Source: Octopus bimaculoides (taxonomy: Eukaryota). From it: a DNA stretch of 40,854 bases. The stretch's first letter is position 1. Every line of letters starts with the position of its first letter. A model generated the notes under the pieces. The model was not told the DNA's origin and made no database searches. It saw nothing but the letters and a program-made list of their open reading frames with translations. Shown here one piece after another: positions 35,645-40,854 of this stretch. The DNA is taken from NCBI RefSeq assembly GCF_001194135.2, contig NC_068998.1:50486451-50527304 (forward strand), read 5' to 3'. Made by a program: the position numbers and the translations under genes.

Positions 35645-36863
35645 GTATTGATATGGATATACTTATATACATGCATACACACGAATTTATAATTACCACA
35701 TAGAGTGATAGATATGCGCACATGCAATAGCTGTGTAAATGTATGGTTACAGATTTGTATGAGCGCTTATATGTGTTGCATGTCTGTCTCCTGCTCCATA
35801 ACGTTACGAAAAAAACCGAAAGAAGCAATGATCTTTGTTAACCTTTAATATTAATCTAAAATACAGTACATGATGTCTTGCTATTTGCAACATCACAATC
35901 TACACAATCTCGCGAGGAACCTGGAAGTAAAATAGTAATTCATTCTTTTTTGTTTCATTTTTATCTTTTTCCATGTGTTATCCTCATCCATCTTGCTACC
36001 ATCTTGTGACAACGACCCTTCATGGAAGCGTCAGGATTACGTTAGATCGATATAGAGGTAAAACTTTATTTCCAGTAGCAGGAATAGACTGAATAAATAT
36101 TAACTGTTCGGCTTGATTTAATGTATTACTTGGCAGATTATTTTGACAGCNNNNNNNNNNNNNNNNNNNNNNNNNNNNNNNNNNNNNNNNNNNNNNNNNN
36201 NNNNNNNNNNNNNNNNNNNNNNNNNNNNNNNNNNNNNNNNNNNNNNNNNNNNNNNNNNNNNNNNNNNNNNNNNNNNNNNNNNNNNNNNNNNNNNNNNNNN
36301 NNNNNNNNNNNNNNNNNNNNNNNNNNNNNNNNNNNNNNNNNNNNNNNNNNNNNNNNNNNNNNNNNNNNNNNNNNNNNNNNNNNNNNNNNNNNNNNNNNNN
36401 NNNNNNNNNNNNNNNNNNNNNNNNNNNNNNNNNNNNNNNNNNNNNNNNNNNNNNNNNNNNNNNNNNNNNNNNNNNNNNNNNNNNNNNNNNNNNNNNNNNN
36501 NNNNNNNNNNNNNNNNNNNNNNNNNNNNNNNNNNNNNNNNNNNNNNNNNNNNNNNNNNNNNNNNNNNNNNNNNNNNNNNNNNNNNNNNNNNNNNNNNNNN
36601 NNNNNNNNNNNNNNNNNNNNNNNNNNNNNNNNNNNNNNNNNNNNNNNNNNNNNNNNNNNNNNNNNNNNNNNNNNNNNNNNNNNNNNNNNNNNNNNNNNNN
36701 NNNNNNNNNNNNNNNNNNNNNNNNNNNNNNNNNNNNNNNNNNNNNNNNNNNNNNNNNNNNNNNNNNNNNNNNNNNNNNNNNNNNNNNNNNNNNNNNNNNN
36801 NNNNNNNNNNNNNNNNNNNNNNNNNNNNNNNNNNNNNNNNNNNNNNNNNNNNNNNNNNNNNNN

Positions 36864-37010
36864 AAGAAGAAGAAGAAGAAGAAGAAGAAGAAGAAGAAGA
36901 AGAAGAAGAAGAAGAAGAAGAAGAAGAAGGAGAAGAAGAAGGAGAAGGAGAAGAAAAAGAAGAAGAAGAACAAGAAGAAGAAGAGGAGGAGGAGGAGAGG
37001 CAGGAGGAGT
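36864..37010 (+). repeat. (GAA)n/(GAG)n polypurine tract emerging from a gap
   Basis: Direct reading. Confidence 0.95.
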
Positions 37011-37622
37011 AGAAGGTGGGGGAAAAAAGGAGGAAGAGAAGGACAAGGTGTAGGAGTATAACAAGACGAAAAATGAAAGAAAGGAACATAAAACAAATGA
37101 TTGAGGAAAAGGAACAATATTATACGATTAATAGAAAAGCATGTATCTAAGCCAGATGAAATTCTGTTAGATTAACAGTAGAAAGCTGCCGTGATATTAA
37201 AGGATTAGCAGAGAGGATCAGAGTAACTTAATAAATCCTACGTCAGGTATTGAGTATTCTTCCACTCGCTTATATCTGCAAAGAAATATACATACATGTC
37301 TATGTGTAGTTTAAGCTATATATACATGCACAATAGTGTAATCTCAAACGTTCGAAAATTATCTACACCTGCGCGTACGCACGCACACATACACACACAC
37401 ATACACATACGCACGCACAGACATATACCATTCACACACATATATCTAAACACACACACAGACACACACACACACACACACACATACACACACATATATA
37501 TACATATATATACGTATACATATATATATATATATNNNNNNNNNNNNNNNNNNNNNNNNNNNNNNNNNNNNNNNNNNNNNNNNNNNNNCACACACATATA
37601 TATACATATGTGTGTGTGTATG

Positions 37623-37846
37623 TGTGTGGTATTGGTGTGTGATAAGACGCTTGCTTCACAATCACATGGCTCCGGGTTCAGTCCCACTACGTGGCGCCTT
37701 GTGCAAGTATCTCTTGCTATAGCCTCAGGCCGACCAATTGAAAAGATATCTCTTGAGATATAAGTACTGAGACTGATTTGTTCGACTTGATCCGTTGAAC
37801 GTGGTACTCCAGCATGACCGCAGTCGAATGACTAAAGCAAATAAAA
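37623..37846 (+). mobile_element. SINE family B with internal deletion
   Basis: GCTTGCTTCACAATCACATGGCTCCGGGTTCAGTCCCACTACGTGGCGCCTTGTGCAAGT..CTATAGCCTCAGGCCGACC joined directly to the tail GATTTGTTCGAC..GTACTCCAGCATGACCGCAGTCGAATGACT. Confidence 0.8.
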
Positions 37847-39369
37847 AATGAAAAATCTCTTTGGGTTTATTTCATGGTCGTATGAAATGAACCTAAGGAC
37901 TTGTGAATATCAAATGGATGTAATATATGTCTACATGGATGGATTGATGGATGCATGGCTCGATGGATCGATGTATGGCTTAACTTTCTCCATGCTTACT
38001 AAGAGTGAAATGAATATTCGGATAACTCTTGTCTAAAGTTACCAAACAAATGAAATCCTATCCATTATGATATTTTTGATTGAGACTATCAAATATAACA
38101 TCCGACTTGCGATTAAATTCATAAGAAAAGTACAAGAGTAATAAGATCTGGGTTGATATCTATTGATTAGGAAGTTACAAAAACCACTATCGATAATTCA
38201 CTTTGTAGGTTGCAACGAGGAGTCAGGATGTGAAACATCTTGCTTGAATGAAATATATTTTCACTCAGGCATAGATATTCTGTGATTCATCAACCCATAT
38301 ACGATATCGGGGACAATTAAAATGTCTGCAAAACCTTTCTTAAAGGCCAAATTATGAATAGTTGCCTGACAAATAGCGAAGGAATAAAATATATTTTCTT
38401 TACAACCTTAACACCGAGCAGGTATCTGCTCAAAATTAAACACTAAATCACCAACATTAAAAGATATAACGTGAATACGTACATAAATACACCTATGCAT
38501 TTATACTATGTGCTTGTTATACAATTAAGTCAAACGAATATTTAAGATAATTGACTGATCGATATAGAATTTTCCCCAATCTATCAGTATTAAGACCCGC
38601 AACTCCATGACATGAAATTCAAAATTTCACCGAATCATTAACATGTAAGGATTAGATTTCAGAGACAAAGAAGTAGGTTGAGTCGTAAAATCAAGTCAGT
38701 CGGGCTTTCGGGTTTCTGCATTTTACTCACTTTTCACCTGTTAAATAATAGCAGCAGAATTCAAAGGAGCCGTCAACTTATCAATAATGAAAGGATCCAG
38801 ATTACTGTGACGTTCGGTGTGACCCCCACAATCACTGAACTTGCTTACGTCAGCAAGACCTTTGTCAAGAATCATAATTCATACCTGATGGAAAAAAGGG
38901 GGGGGGAATGGAATGAATGTTGTACATTGATATGTCTCACTAGCACTGAGGATCATACTAGCATTAAGGGGAACTTTTCCTGGACTTAGGAGCTTCAGAA
39001 CATTTGGAATGTCAGGCATTGACAGTCCAAGAACAGGAAATCGTTGTAAAATATGTAATGAGTAAAATAGTGAAATTCTTAAAGACTTAAGTTGCGACAG
39101 TTAAAGCGCATTATGTTGCAATTCTGTGAAAGAATAATGGATGAGATCGGCAGTTGGCTGACTCATTAACTGACACCATTCCTGTATGTCCATGCTGTTA
39201 CAACAAAATGTGATGTCAGCCTTAAGAAAGATTATCGTACGATAAAATATACGCAACATCCTGTCATAGAATATATGCACACATTGAATCAGAAAGGATA
39301 TTAGTTAGCATTCCCATTCACTATTCCACCAAGACCTGCCAGGTGCAATGGCGAACCGAACATAGATGT

Positions 39370-39476
39370 ATACGTACATGCATACATGCATATTTACATA
39401 TATATACACACGCATATATATATAATTGCATACATGTATACATATATACATATATAAATGTATATATACATATATA

Positions 39477-39562
<86 letters not shown>

Positions 39563-39565
39563 TGT
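39370..39565. repeat. Compound TA/CA microsatellite
   Basis: Direct reading. Confidence 0.9.
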
Positions 39566-40190
39566 ATGTTTTGGGGATAATCTTGCGGCCATCTTCGCAT
39601 GTGTGATTGGACGGCTGGAGGCCTGACACATTTGTGTGCTTCCTCCGAGATTGATTTCCCTGTTTGATTTTGATTTGTCTGCATTTTGCTTTGTTGTTTT
39701 GTTTTCATAATGAATTCTTTTCCATAGGTTTTATCCTAATTAATGAAATACACCTGTTCTTTCTCCCACATTTCTCTTCTCCCCGTCTGATGTCTTCTTT
39801 CCATAGTTTATTGTAGCTTTACTTGTCTTTGACTGTCACTTCGTTCTGAAATTTCAGCAAACATCACCGTATCAATTATTTTGAATTCTCTTCATGTCAT
39901 ACTTTTCGTGATTCGAGAAACGATATTTCTACTTCTAGACGCTGTAACGCTCAGTTTTCACGTATCGTTGTTTCTTGTTGCTTTTAATCTTTTATTCTGG
40001 GAAGAAATATGTTTTCTTTATTTAGCCTATTTTGGTTGGTGTTTGCTATGTTATCACATCGAATGTTTTTTCCCAATTTGCGTGCTTGCGTTGCTTCAGA
40101 AGTTTGTTCCAGAGTTACGGTTTCAATGGATATTACTTTCGTATGTATGTATGTATACACAATCACACACACACACACACACACACAATC

Positions 40191-40231
<41 letters not shown>

Positions 40232-40854
40232 TTTGCTCAATCTTATTAAATTGATTATACTTCAAATTTAATTTCCTATAACTGTTTCCAGCTAAATTTT
40301 CCGGTTGAGAACGAAGTTGCTTTTTTTTTCCTCTTTTCCACTACTCACAGCCTACCTGACTTTGCGCAATGCAAGGCTAAAGTTACGAATTATAAACGTT
40401 ATTGGCGAGATTGAGTGTAATGTTCTACACATCAATTACATATTTAATGCAGTCATAATGTTTAAGTATTATACCCCCAGCGATATTTCCGGATAGTATC
40501 AAATGAAATAGAAAAATCTAATTAACATGGTTTCTGAACTGAGAGAGTGTTGTAAAATCGATATTATTTAGCTTAAATTTGATATGAATATATGGATATA
40601 TATTTGTATGGATATATATTCATTTATATACATCAAATTTAGTAAAACTGGCATTTATATTTAGTATGTTTTTATACCAGTTTCTTTCAGATTCCTAATA
40701 TGGTTGTCCGTGCATACAATAATCATACATGATATACGCCAATGCGTATCAGTTTACACACATAATGTATACACAAATACATACGCAGAGACACGCGCAA
40801 ACACTCCAGGACATATATAAGGATTTACGTATATATATATATATATATATATAT

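Larger units (their letters stand above)
4457..37588. other. 15 assembly gaps (N runs): 4457-4466, 8612-9602, 11764-12017, 13919-14649, 16101-16480, 18868-18877, 20238-20433, 24772-24866, 27391-27402, 28359-28368, 29447-30090, 31165-31511, 35026-35475, 36151-36863, 37536-37588
   Basis: N runs read directly. Most are bounded by microsatellites, as expected for a short-read scaffold. Confidence 0.95.

Noticed and set aside
8547-37117. All long ORF-track entries containing X runs (for example 8547-9665, 13862-14740, 29324-30169, 36020-37117)
   Set aside because: They are open only because N-gaps lack stop codons, and the flanking residues are translated microsatellites.
38678-38989. 103-aa ORF, and a minus-strand polypyrimidine-AG at about 38884
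   Set aside because: No recognisable motif. All three frames after the putative minus-strand acceptor hit stops within a few codons.
2272-40271. Numerous HT-, CV-, YI- and RE-repeat ORFs
   Set aside because: Dinucleotide and tetranucleotide microsatellite translations.
1-40854. CRISPR array, rRNA or prokaryotic operon
   Set aside because: No regularly spaced repeat-spacer structure, no rRNA-like sequence and no dense ORFs. The sequence is eukaryotic repeat-rich DNA.

Overview
AT-rich, repeat-dense eukaryotic (animal) genomic DNA, apparently intronic or intergenic, with 15 N-gaps that mostly sit inside microsatellites. The SINE-like families and very high microsatellite load look like a cephalopod (Octopus-type) genome; this is an inference from recalled repeat consensus, not a search. 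No intact protein-coding gene is supportable, and nearly all ORF-track entries are translated microsatellites or N-runs. Supported content: (1) a decayed mariner transposon 5' fragment at about 3029-3427 (-), with a recognisable N-terminal transposase carrying stops and an internal deletion; (2) three SINE-like families plus one further short interspersed repeat, about 25 copies in total; (3) four copies of a short element, two of which carry an intact minimal type-I hammerhead-ribozyme-like motif (2214-2249 +, 5501-5537 -) with a variant CUGUUGA core, of the kind associated with Penelope-like retroelements. The hammerhead motif is the most interesting signal. Smaller observations are tandem SINE doublets, a conserved SINE 3' hairpin, an in-frame 3-copy repeat, a possible Tc1 terminus and two weak exon candidates.
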